A program made the position numbers and the translations under genes. DNA of 64,000 bases. Source: Patescibacteria group bacterium. Its GTDB lineage: Bacteria > Patescibacteriota > Saccharimonadia > CAILAD01 > BJGX01. The notes beneath the pieces are model-generated. The model saw only the letters and a list, made by a program, of their open reading frames with translations, did no database searches and was not told where the DNA came from. Shown in pieces: positions 1 to 9,108 of this stretch (positions within the stretch are counted from its first letter, which is position 1; every line of letters starts with the position of its first letter). The stretch covers positions 15,858 to 79,857 of the forward strand of contig JAPLVO010000010.1 in assembly GCA_026397045.1 (NCBI GenBank), written 5' to 3'.

Positions 1-625
1 CAAGCGAAGCCACATTGGTTCCACCACCAACTCCATTGCCATCAATGCTGGCAACACCAGCTGAACCAGGGCACCAGCTGGCATTGATAAAGTTTGGTTG
101 TAAAAAGCAGTTTTTCCACAGCCAATAATCGTATATTTTTCTGGTAGAGTTATCTATCACTGTCAGGTGATGGTCATTGCCAAGCTGTCTAATGGGGTTA
201 TCTGGGATTGGAACTGGGCTAGAGGATATGGCATCGCACGCATAAACATAGCAGAAAACAGTTGATTTGTTTGTGGTGGAATCCACATCGTAGATCGGCA
301 AGGACCAGGTCAGAAGAGAAGTCACTGCTGGTGGCTGGGCGTCTTGGATACGAAGCTGCCCGTCCGCGCGGTATCTAACATCGGCTGGGATGATTTGGTT
401 GAGTGGGCTATCGGCCGTAAACATCCTGCCGGACGGTTTTTTTGTGGCATTATCATAGCTATATTTCATAGTGCTAGCCATGCCTCGGTAGATTAAAAAT
501 ATGCCAGCGAAAATTACCGTAGCAATAATTATTATCGCTAATACTTTAGATGTTTTGATTTTGGCCAAGCTTGTCGATGTTGCGCGGGACTTTGTACTGA
601 CTTTTTGTTTTTTTGTATTTTTCAT
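1..625 (-). CDS. Secreted/membrane-anchored hypothetical protein, runs off the window start
   Basis: Manual translation from ATG at 625: basic N-terminus, TM segment (VLAIIIIATVIFAGIFLIY), then ...GNDHHLTVIDNSTRKIYDYWLWK...GNGVGGGTNVASL, open to position 1; absent from ORF track because truncated. Confidence 0.75.
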   Translation of the reverse strand, partial: MKNTKKQKVSTKSRATSTSLAKIKTSKVLAIIIIATVIFAGIFLIYRGMASTMKYSYDNATKKPSGRMFTADSPLNQIIPADVRYRADGQLRIQDAQPPAVTSLLTWSLPIYDVDSTTNKSTVFCYVYACDAISSSPVPIPDNPIRQLGNDHHLTVIDNSTRKIYDYWLWKNCFLQPNFINASWCPGSAGVASIDGNGVGGGTNVASL

Positions 626-724
626 AATATTTATGTTTATAATACACTAAAAATAATTTATCAACAATATTTTTTAAGAAAAAATATTACCGCAGCTCAG
701 TACCTGCGCCAGCAAGAGCACTAT

Positions 725-1165
725 TTATTCTTTTTTCCGAATATGAAGCGTTTTGCTGGCGCTACGCATAGCCTTGCGGGGGTCTATCGCGGGTGCTGGC
801 GACTTAATTACTGCAAGATCTAATTTGACCTTGCTTAGGCTAATTACAAACATTCCTACTGGAGCAGCTGCAGTCAGCCAAAAGCTAGAAAACGCCGTAC
901 CCTTGCCAAAGACCTTACCAAGCCTAATCGCGATGGCAACAGAGTAGACAGTACCCGCATAGGGAACAATGGATGCTCCATACCAGGATTTAGGTAGCCC
1001 CAGTGCGTTGATAAGACTGAAGTAATTTATCATCGGTATAAAGGCTCTCCACCTTGGGGTACTAAGTTTCTTAAATACCAACGAAAGCCCTATACAGTAA
1101 ACCAAGTACAGAAACATCATCGCAGCTATTACGAGGATACCAGCACTAATTATTGCTTTGATCAT
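725..1165 (-). CDS. DUF5684-like small membrane protein
   Basis: VFKKL..P.WRAFIPMINY and LGKVFGKGTAF motifs; several TM helices. Confidence 0.7.
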   Translation of the reverse strand: MIKAIISAGILVIAAMMFLYLVYCIGLSLVFKKLSTPRWRAFIPMINYFSLINALGLPKSWYGASIVPYAGTVYSVAIAIRLGKVFGKGTAFSSFWLTAAAPVGMFVISLSKVKLDLAVIKSPAPAIDPRKAMRSASKTLHIRKKE

Positions 1166-1294
1166 GTACTAATTATATATCATCGAGAGGCCTTATTGGC
1201 GTGCTTAGCTAATAATTTTCCACAGGCTGTTATAAAGTAATTTGCTGTTTTGTAGCAAAATTCTAGGCATAAGACATATGTTACTATTGTATTA

Positions 1295-2560
1295 ATGAAA
1301 AAAGTTATCAAAACTTCTAAATCCTTCTTCATTCGCCATAAAATCATTAGCTCATTGATTATTATTTTAGCTGTGCTGGTCGTGGGCGCTACTATTATAA
1401 GCCTAATCGACAGATCTAAAACGGCCATATATCAGTCTTCGATAGCTAGCTTTTATGATACTTCCAATATTGACATTGATGGGCCAGTTGGCCAGATGGT
1501 AAGATCCGAGCCAACAGCCACTAGCCTTAAAAACGGTACGGCTACAAGGGTAATTTATAGAACTCAAAAGGCCGATGGAACCAATACCTTTAGCTCTGGC
1601 ATGGTATACATACCAAGTACAAATTCACCTACCCCTAGGCCAGTAGTGGCCTGGGCTCACGGCACACTGGGGATGGGGGATGATTGTGCCCCATCAAGGC
1701 AACAAGATACTATAGCGAGCACTGGAATGGGTTGGGTCGATACAATGCTACAAAGAGGCTGGGTGGTTACCGCAACAGACTACGCTGGTTTTGGCACACC
1801 TGGCATTGAGGCATATTTAGTTGGGCAGGCAGAAGCTCATGATGTACTTAATAGCATTAGGGCACTTAGGGATTTGCCCGCAGCAAATGCTGGCAGCAGG
1901 TATGCTATTTGGGGGCATTCACAGGGAGGGCATTCGGCATTGTTTAGCTCGGATATGTCCACAGCCTACCTGCCAGAATATGAGCTAGTAGGTACCGCCG
2001 CCACGGCGCCAGCTGCTCAGCTTGAGTCGCTCTTATCCCAGCAATTTACAACTGCCGTTGCCTGGCTAATAGGCCCAGAAGTTGTGGTGTCTTGGCCCAA
2101 TAATTATAGCGGCTTGAGCCCTGAACAAGTACTGACCAAGCCCGGGCTCAACAACTATAAATCTATGGCCCAAGCCTGCATCAAGTCTGTAGCCATAGAT
2201 GGCATCATTAGACAGAAGATCGGACAAGATTTTTTTTCCCCCGAATTATTAAAATTGCCAGCCTGGAAGCAAGTTATTGCTGAGCAAACTGCACCAGTTC
2301 TAGGATCCAATCGGCCTCTTTTGGTAGGCGAGAGCCTGACTGATCAAGTGGTGCTGCCCAATACCACAGCTCAATACATACAGCGAGCTTGCCAATCGGG
2401 ATCCGACTTGACTTCAATATGGCTAACTGGTGTCGGCCATGTACAGCTACAATCAGTTATTTCCCCGAGTGTAATTAATTGGCTGGGCGATAGATTCGCA
2501 AACATACCCACATCACCTACCTGCAATCAGCCCCTGCCTATTACCCCGTCGCAGTCTTAG
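1295..2560 (+). CDS. Secretory lipase (LIP family alpha/beta hydrolase), N-terminally anchored
   Basis: AWAHGT, ATDYAG, nucleophile GHSQGG, DQVV, C-terminal His; N-terminal TM. Confidence 0.85.
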   Translation: MKKVIKTSKSFFIRHKIISSLIIILAVLVVGATIISLIDRSKTAIYQSSIASFYDTSNIDIDGPVGQMVRSEPTATSLKNGTATRVIYRTQKADGTNTFSSGMVYIPSTNSPTPRPVVAWAHGTLGMGDDCAPSRQQDTIASTGMGWVDTMLQRGWVVTATDYAGFGTPGIEAYLVGQAEAHDVLNSIRALRDLPAANAGSRYAIWGHSQGGHSALFSSDMSTAYLPEYELVGTAATAPAAQLESLLSQQFTTAVAWLIGPEVVVSWPNNYSGLSPEQVLTKPGLNNYKSMAQACIKSVAIDGIIRQKIGQDFFSPELLKLPAWKQVIAEQTAPVLGSNRPLLVGESLTDQVVLPNTTAQYIQRACQSGSDLTSIWLTGVGHVQLQSVISPSVINWLGDRFANIPTSPTCNQPLPITPSQS

Positions 2561-2609
2561 CTATTTAATATGTTTTATATAAACATATATTTAGTAGTAC
2601 AATATATAT

Positions 2610-3668
2610 ATGAGTTCAAATATTAATGAAATAAGCAATAATACCATTGTTAGGATTCTGGCCATCATAGTGGCCTTTGTCATAGCTGTTTTTTTGATTG
2701 TCACGCTTAGGCAGCCACTTGTCTGGGTGGGTATATCTTTCTTTTTTGCTCTCGCCCTGGAGCGTCCTGTAGATTGGCTAAGTAGCAAGCTACCTCGTAA
2801 AAGCCGAGGTTTGGCAGTACTTATCGTGGTCGCTGGGGCAATCCTCGGAATCGCATATTTCGTATCTACGATAGCACCCCCACTATTTCGGCAGTTTAGC
2901 GAGATGTTAAAAAATTTGCCAGGATACTATTCAGACTTTCTAAGTAATGATAACCCAGTTTCGGACTATCTTGCTAAGAATGATATCAGCAATACATTAT
3001 CTTTAAATGGCGAACGCATAACGAATTTCTTTACAACAGCCAGCGGCGGAGTTGTTAATGTCTTTACGGGGATATTCAGTAGTATTTTTGCATTTTTCAC
3101 GATTATTGTTTTTACATTTTTTATGGTTTTAGAGTGGCCTAAATTCCACGATCTATTCTGGCGATACCAAGACCCAAGCAAGCGCAGCCATCGTAAGCAC
3201 CTGTATTCCCGAATGCAAAAGACAGTTAGCGGGTATATTGGTGGCAACTTACTGACTAGCTTAGTGGCAGGTGCTGTAACGCTGATATTTCTATTATTAC
3301 TGAAAAACCCATATGCATTTTCGCTGGCATTTACAGTCGCTGTTCTGGACCTAATACCGATGTTCGGAGCACTGCTGGCATCTATAATAGCAGTTTCTGT
3401 GGTGCTGGTTTACGGTGGTGTCCCCCCAGCTATCGCTGCAGCTATTTTCTTTCTGGTGTACCAACAAATAGAGAATAATATTCTGCAGCCCTATGTATTT
3501 TCCAAAACCGTCAATATATCTCCGTTAATTGCCGGGATAGCGGCCTTGTTTGGCGCCAGCCTCGGCGGGCTAGTGGGGGCCTTGGTCGCAATACCAATCG
3601 CCGCATCCTCACAAATACTAATTAAGGACTACCTCGAGAGAAAGTACCCAAATAAACATAGCAAATAG
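2610..3668 (+). CDS. AI-2E family (UPF0118) transporter
   Basis: 352 aa polytopic; DLIPMFG, YQQIENNILQP, GALVAIPIAA motifs. Confidence 0.9.
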   Translation: MSSNINEISNNTIVRILAIIVAFVIAVFLIVTLRQPLVWVGISFFFALALERPVDWLSSKLPRKSRGLAVLIVVAGAILGIAYFVSTIAPPLFRQFSEMLKNLPGYYSDFLSNDNPVSDYLAKNDISNTLSLNGERITNFFTTASGGVVNVFTGIFSSIFAFFTIIVFTFFMVLEWPKFHDLFWRYQDPSKRSHRKHLYSRMQKTVSGYIGGNLLTSLVAGAVTLIFLLLLKNPYAFSLAFTVAVLDLIPMFGALLASIIAVSVVLVYGGVPPAIAAAIFFLVYQQIENNILQPYVFSKTVNISPLIAGIAALFGASLGGLVGALVAIPIAASSQILIKDYLERKYPNKHSK

Positions 3669-3706
3669 TTTATTAGTTGCTTGGGATCTAGTATAATAAT
3701 TATCTA

Positions 3707-4858
3707 ATGACAACTAATAGCTCACCAAACTACCAACAACTCGCCCTAGAACTCCACAAAAAACTAAAAGGCAAAATCACTAGCCAAAGCAAGTTAGAGG
3801 TAAAAACTGAAGCTGATCTTAGCTTGGTCTACACGCCGGGGGTGAGTGCAGTATCGCAGCTATTGGCAGAGAAGCCAGAGTTGGCCCCAGATTACACCAT
3901 AAAACACAATACTGTAGCAGTTATTTCAGACGGCTCAGCAGTACTTGGCCTTGGTAACATCGGCCCACTTGGTGCATTGCCTGTGATGGAAGGCAAAGCT
4001 ATGCTTTTTTCTCAGCTAGCTGGGCTTAACTCTTTTCCTATAGTACTAGACACTCAAGACACAGATGAAATAGTACAAACCATTATAAACATCGCACCAG
4101 CTTTTTCTGCTATCAACCTAGAAGATATACAGGCGCCCAAATGTTTTGAGATTGAAAAACGCCTGCAAGAAGCTCTAAGTATTGCCGTTGTGCACGACGA
4201 CCAGCACGCTACCGCCATAGTAGTGTTAGCCGGGCTAATAAATGCTCTCGAGGTGGTAGGCAAAGCCGCCAATACAAGTAAGGTAGTGATATTGGGTGCT
4301 GGCGCGGCTGGTGTGGGCGTGGCGAGCTTGCTTGTAGAATACGGCTTTGAAGATATTGTTGTGGTAGACAGCAAAGGAATAATATCTAGCTCACGAAATG
4401 ATCTTAACAAAGAAAAACAAGTAATAGCTGGGCTAACCAACAAACATGACCAGCAGGGTGATCTAAAAGATGCACTAGAAAACAGCGATATATTTATTGG
4501 TCTTTCTAGTGGTGGCAAGTTGCCTTCAGAACTCATTAAAACTATGAATCCAAAAAGTATTATTTTTGCTCTAGCCAATCCAGAGCCAGAGATTTTGCCA
4601 GATTTGGCCCTAGAGGCTGGGGCTATGATTGTTGCGAGCGGAAGATCTGACTTTGCGAACCAAATAAATAATGTACTGGTTTTCCCAGGTCTTTTTAAGG
4701 GTCTTATAGACAATAATATAGTAAAGGTTTCTAGCAAGGTAAAGATTGAGGCCGCCGTGGCTTTAGCTGGCGTCGTAGAACAACCTACAGCGGATAATAT
4801 TATACCTTCTGTATTTGACCCATCAGTTGTTGGGGCTATTGCGAAAAGTATTCTATAG
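3707..4858 (+). CDS. NAD(P)-dependent malic enzyme (short bacterial type)
   Basis: YTPGV, DGSAVLGLGNIG, PVMEGK, INLEDI, HDDQHAT, GAGAAG, ALANPEPEI, GRSD..NQINNVL. Confidence 0.95.
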   Translation: MTTNSSPNYQQLALELHKKLKGKITSQSKLEVKTEADLSLVYTPGVSAVSQLLAEKPELAPDYTIKHNTVAVISDGSAVLGLGNIGPLGALPVMEGKAMLFSQLAGLNSFPIVLDTQDTDEIVQTIINIAPAFSAINLEDIQAPKCFEIEKRLQEALSIAVVHDDQHATAIVVLAGLINALEVVGKAANTSKVVILGAGAAGVGVASLLVEYGFEDIVVVDSKGIISSSRNDLNKEKQVIAGLTNKHDQQGDLKDALENSDIFIGLSSGGKLPSELIKTMNPKSIIFALANPEPEILPDLALEAGAMIVASGRSDFANQINNVLVFPGLFKGLIDNNIVKVSSKVKIEAAVALAGVVEQPTADNIIPSVFDPSVVGAIAKSIL

Positions 4859-4917
4859 TATTACCATAATAAGTAAAGTATCATCAAGATTAGTAATATA
4901 GAAAGTTAAAATAATAT

Positions 4918-5619
4918 ATGTCACCAGAAAAAGAGCCAGATAATATTTCGAAAACAGAACCAATAGAAACTCAAACTCAAGAGCCAGCAACAGTATCATC
5001 CACAAATGAAAAAACTAGCGGACTTGCCATCGCCGCTCTTGCAATGGCGTTTTTAGCTCCGGTAGTTGGCTTCATACTGGGTATCTTAGCCCTAGGCAGT
5101 ATTAAGAAAAATAAAGAAGCTGGCCGAGGCTTGGCTATCTCTGCGATCGTTGTTTCAGTGGTAATTACACTTGTTACTATAGCTATAGGGCTTTTTTTCG
5201 TGATAGTAATAGGCGTAGCCAGCAACGAAGATAGCCTCCGCACAGAAAATAACAGCGTTTCAATAAGCGGGGAGAACGGCAATGAGGCCGAGATTGGTTC
5301 GTCCAAAATTCCAGATGGCTTCCCGAAAGATGTCCCTATATATCCTGGTGCCAAAGTACTGGCTTCTACTAGCATAGATGGCAACTATAGTGTCGCCCTT
5401 AGTACTCCAGACTCTAAAAGCCAGGTAGAAGCTTATTACAAAACAACCCTAGCAAATAATGGCTGGGTGTCTGAAAATGGTAGCTCAAGCGCAGAATTTG
5501 GGGGCTTTAGCTCGCTAGCATTGGTGAAGGATGGCTCTAGGGTTGGCGTAACCATTGGCGAGAGCACCGATAAAAATCAAACCACAGTAACTATTTCGGT
5601 ATCCCAGATTAAAGACTAA
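4918..5619 (+). CDS. DUF4190-like membrane protein with extracellular C-terminal domain
   Basis: KTSGLAIAAL...GFILGILAL..IKK...GRGLAISAI pattern; C-terminal FPKDVPIYPGA domain. Confidence 0.7.
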   Translation: MSPEKEPDNISKTEPIETQTQEPATVSSTNEKTSGLAIAALAMAFLAPVVGFILGILALGSIKKNKEAGRGLAISAIVVSVVITLVTIAIGLFFVIVIGVASNEDSLRTENNSVSISGENGNEAEIGSSKIPDGFPKDVPIYPGAKVLASTSIDGNYSVALSTPDSKSQVEAYYKTTLANNGWVSENGSSSAEFGGFSSLALVKDGSRVGVTIGESTDKNQTTVTISVSQIKD

Positions 5620-5779
5620 TCAGTAGAGTTATAAGCAAACTGGTGTAGATTATTTTAGAGCTCCTAAGGCCAGAAGTAAGCTTGAGCCAAATAACCAAGT
5701 ATAGTAGAGTTAAGTGTATAAATAATAATGAAACATAGAGATAAAATATTAGATACAGCACAGCCCAAAAAGGCTAAAA

Positions 5780-6298
5780 ATGCCTGATCCAGCCAAACAG
5801 GGAGCTCCGAGTTTTAGATTTATAGTGTGGCTTACTGCATTTTTGTTTGCGGGAGTACTGATAATAGCTTTTATTACTTTATTAAAACCCAATAATCAGC
5901 AAAAAGAGCTTACAGGTACAATACAAAACGGTAACAATAACAACTCTGCAAAGTCTTCGCAACAAAATAATAATAATGTCGATTCTACTAGCCTGCCAGC
6001 CGATTTTGCAAAAGACATCCCAATATACCCCGGTTCACGCGTCATAGAATATAGCAAAGAAAATAATCTGACTGGCCTTAAGCTAACTAGTAAAGATTCC
6101 AAAGAGCAGGTGGATGGTTATTATAATTCTGCACTAATAGAGAGTGGCTGGACAGCTGAGCCAGGGGCATCCACTTTTGATTTGGGCGGGCTAAAAGCTA
6201 AATCAGTGACTAAAAACAGCTCTCGGCTGACCACTATATCTGCCACAGATCCCGCAACAAAAACTACTAATATAATCATATCGGTCAATAGGCAGTAG
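5780..6298 (+). CDS. Single-TM hypothetical protein, paralogous C-terminal domain to upstream gene
   Basis: TM plus LPADFAKDIPIYPGS...DSKEQVDGYY...GW. Confidence 0.7.
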   Translation: MPDPAKQGAPSFRFIVWLTAFLFAGVLIIAFITLLKPNNQQKELTGTIQNGNNNNSAKSSQQNNNNVDSTSLPADFAKDIPIYPGSRVIEYSKENNLTGLKLTSKDSKEQVDGYYNSALIESGWTAEPGASTFDLGGLKAKSVTKNSSRLTTISATDPATKTTNIIISVNRQ

Positions 6299-6301
6299 CT
6301 A

Positions 6302-6892
6302 GTGAACATCACAAAGCAAGACTTACTCAGAATATTAATTCCTAGCAAGCGTGAGGCATGGATAATCATCTTTCTGGTGCTGCTTGTTTTTGTGGTTTTT
6401 GAGGGAAATTTGGTGTATTTAAGATTAACTCAGGAAACAATATTTTCTGACACAAAACTGCAGGATAGCTTTAGTGCCCAGATAGATGCGATATTCGCCG
6501 ATAATAAATTTGCCAATACAGCCAGCTTGGTCGTATTTTGGGCCGGAGTCGGCCTGGTGGCTTATAGCGTAATTTGGTCCATCCATTCTTTTTTTGCGGA
6601 GGCAAGAGGGGAGGCTGAGGTAGGCCAGAAATTTATAAACCAAAGCGCCAAGCAAGATCAGCTCCATAGATCTCTAGTACAGGCAGGCGCGCTAGCTGGC
6701 ATAATCGCCCTGGGCCTGCTCAGCCTTAATGTTACAGTCCCGTTCTTTATAAGTATGTGGACTGGGGGCATATTGACAGTCGGCTATGAATTGATTTTTG
6801 GCTCACTGCAGATTATCGCTGGATTTATAGGTATGTTTGTCAATTTTTATTTATTCAAGGTGTTGATGGATTGGATAATTATACTGGAGTAG
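6302..6892 (+). CDS. Hypothetical 4-TM membrane protein
   Basis: 196-aa ORF with four hydrophobic segments, GTG start 3 nt after upstream stop. Confidence 0.65.
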   Translation: MNITKQDLLRILIPSKREAWIIIFLVLLVFVVFEGNLVYLRLTQETIFSDTKLQDSFSAQIDAIFADNKFANTASLVVFWAGVGLVAYSVIWSIHSFFAEARGEAEVGQKFINQSAKQDQLHRSLVQAGALAGIIALGLLSLNVTVPFFISMWTGGILTVGYELIFGSLQIIAGFIGMFVNFYLFKVLMDWIIILE

Positions 6893-6902
6893 CGAAAGGC
6901 TC

Positions 6903-7526
6903 CTAGTACTTGCGAATTAAACCAATAAGCACGCCTTGTATCTTTATTGGGGTCCCCTTTTCTACATATATTGGCTCCATAGTAGAGTTAGCCGGCTGTA
7001 GCCTGATTCTATTGGGCTCCTTATAATATCTTTTGAGCGTTGCTTCGTTATTATTGACTAGCGCTACCACGGTGTCCCCATTACTAGGAACTGATTTTTC
7101 CTGAACAACCACATAATCCCCATCGTGTATGCCATCTTCGATCATGCTTTGGCCCTTCACCTGAAGCACATAAGAGTTCTTGCTACCCACCATAAAAGCG
7201 GGGACTTCTAGGGTCTCCTTGTGGCCTGTGACAGTTTCTATGGGGCTTCCCGCGGCAATCATGCCTAAAATTGGCAACCCTATACCAGGCTCATTGATGG
7301 AGGACTGTACCTCAAGTACTGGGATAAGTGACCGAGCCGAATTTGCACCTTTCTCTAGGAAACCCTTATCTACAAGAGTATCTATATGCTGGGCCACGGT
7401 GGCTACGGAGTTGAGCTTAAGCCCGTTAGCGATCTCGCGGTAGCTAGGGGAGTATCCCTTCTGCTCTATAAAGGTCGTTATGAAGTCGAGTGTCTTGCGC
7501 TGTTTTTTGGTTAATGCTGGTTTCAT
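6903..7526 (-). CDS. lexA: SOS repressor LexA
   Basis: GYSPSYREIA wHTH, IAAGSP cleavage site, GQSM Ser and ATLKR Lys catalytic dyad; GGAGG RBS. Confidence 0.96.
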   Translation of the reverse strand: MKPALTKKQRKTLDFITTFIEQKGYSPSYREIANGLKLNSVATVAQHIDTLVDKGFLEKGANSARSLIPVLEVQSSINEPGIGLPILGMIAAGSPIETVTGHKETLEVPAFMVGSKNSYVLQVKGQSMIEDGIHDGDYVVVQEKSVPSNGDTVVALVNNNEATLKRYYKEPNRIRLQPANSTMEPIYVEKGTPIKIQGVLIGLIRKY

Positions 7527-7559
7527 TTATATTTACCTCCAAGTTTTATATCGCTTTTA

Positions 7560-7589
7560 ATTATAGCGAACATAGAACGAACCTGTCAA
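7560..7589 (-). promoter_or_regulatory. lexA sigma70 promoter with candidate LexA operator in the spacer
   Basis: Minus strand TTGACA-N18-TATAAT; spacer contains GTTCG-TTCTAT-GTTCG direct repeat. Confidence 0.75.
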
Positions 7590-7785
7590 GCACTATAGCA
7601 TAAGTTTCTTGCGGTTAATTCAGCCCTAATCAATATTCCAGATACAGCCTTGCAGCTGTGTTTCCTCTGCGATGCCTGCAATCACCACCAGTAGCCGATA
7701 AAAATTCAGGCTCTTTCTATTGACATAAGATTGTACCTGGAATAACCTAGACTACATAGTAATATTTAATGGAGGAAACAGAACA

Positions 7786-7986
7786 ATGGCATTTTCACAT
7801 GTTAATTCAAAAGGTCAGACATATTATCTTCACTCACGAGAGGTTACTCTTAAGGGTGGACGATTGCAAAGGATATTCTTTTTTGGTCGCGAAGCCAAAG
7901 AAGGCGCAATAGATGCACTTCCAGAGGGCTATATCATTGTTGAAAATACTCGAACCGGCCTACCTATCTTGAAAAAAGACAGATAG
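7786..7986 (+). CDS. Small hypothetical protein (66 aa)
   Basis: GGAGG RBS, TTGACA at 7720, own terminator; NSKGQTYYLH...IFFF...ENTRTGLPILKK. Confidence 0.8.
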   Translation: MAFSHVNSKGQTYYLHSREVTLKGGRLQRIFFFGREAKEGAIDALPEGYIIVENTRTGLPILKKDR

Positions 7987-8013
7987 TCTAGATAAAGTAG
8001 CACTTAGCTACTG

Positions 8014-8048
8014 GCAAAAAAGCACCAACGCAAGAAGGTGCTTTTTGC
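8014..8048 (+). terminator. Intrinsic terminator
   Basis: AAAAAGCACC-N10-GGTGCTTTTT inverted repeat. Confidence 0.75.
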
Positions 8049-8139
8049 TTATATAGATAATTTGCGGTAATATACCAGCTGGTATTTATTAAGTTCTTTA
8101 GCTTGAAAAATATGTCAATTTACTTGATAATTATATCAA

Positions 8140-8215
8140 GGGCCCGTAGCTCAGTGGTTAGAGCAGTCGGCTCATAACTGATTGGCCGTTGGTTCAAATC
8201 CAACCGGGCCCACCA
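8140..8215 (+). tRNA. tRNA-Ile2 (CAT, lysidine-modified)
   Basis: Cloverleaf, loop CTCATAA, C4-G69/C5-G68 TilS determinants, encoded CCA. Confidence 0.88.
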
Positions 8216-8299
8216 TAGTAGAATAAGGTCGCTTATGTGATCTTTTTTTATTGTCTAAAACTTGCCCTTACAACATAAGCCCTTTACAATAAATAGTCT

Positions 8300-9037
8300 A
8301 TGGTAAAAAAACAAAACACACGGGCAGCTTATAAGCCAGATCATCCCTACCTCAAAACGCTTAGCATACAAAAGAGCTCGGGCTTCGGCCGAAATAAGAT
8401 GCTGGCCATGAGGTCTGCGGTAATTATAGCTTTATTCTTGCTGGAAGGGGTGGTGATGTTAGCCGTGGTTGATTCGAAGATCAGCCATAGCCCTATAAAG
8501 AGTGATGTAGCGGTGGTCGCTAAATCCCCCAAAGCCAAGCCTAAGACCGAAGTAAAAGCAGTTTCTGAGCCAGCCCTGCCTGCCCCAGCCTTGGCTGTAT
8601 CCGATATGTCCTTAGTGATACCTAAGCTATTTATTAACGCTCCAATCGACCCTGTTGGGCTCAATACAAAAGGCGAAATGGCTACTTCACCCAGCCTTCA
8701 AAGGCTGGCTTGGTACAAGGATGGTGCAGTACCGGGCCAAATAGGCACTGCAGTTTTTGCAGGCCATTATGGCGGACCCAACGAAATAGGGGTGTTCAGA
8801 TCGCTAGATCAGCTCAAAAACGGGGATGTTTTAGAGGTCAAAAGCAAGGCCGGCAAAATACAAAAGTACTCGGTCTATAATATAGGTAAATACGCCTTGG
8901 CTGATGTGCCGCTGCAAGAGCTTTTTAATAAAAATGACGGCAAATATCTTAACCTTGTGACTTGCGTGGGGACTTGGAGTAATGGCACTAGTAGTTACGA
9001 CCAACGCTACATTGTTTTTTCTAGGCTAATAGAGTAG
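8300..9037 (+). CDS. Class F sortase
   Basis: AWYKDGAVPGQIG, AGHYGG, LVTC, R triad; N-terminal TM. Confidence 0.9.
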   Translation: MVKKQNTRAAYKPDHPYLKTLSIQKSSGFGRNKMLAMRSAVIIALFLLEGVVMLAVVDSKISHSPIKSDVAVVAKSPKAKPKTEVKAVSEPALPAPALAVSDMSLVIPKLFINAPIDPVGLNTKGEMATSPSLQRLAWYKDGAVPGQIGTAVFAGHYGGPNEIGVFRSLDQLKNGDVLEVKSKAGKIQKYSVYNIGKYALADVPLQELFNKNDGKYLNLVTCVGTWSNGTSSYDQRYIVFSRLIE

Positions 9038-9108
9038 TTGACAACCCAAAGCAATTTGAATACAATTAATCATAAGCGTAATTATAAATCTAAGTAGAAT
9101 AGGAAAAA

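Noticed and set aside
4054-4737. Long antisense ORFs (also 15397-15996, 59397-59855)
   Set aside because: Shadows of well-conserved genes with no motifs or RBS.
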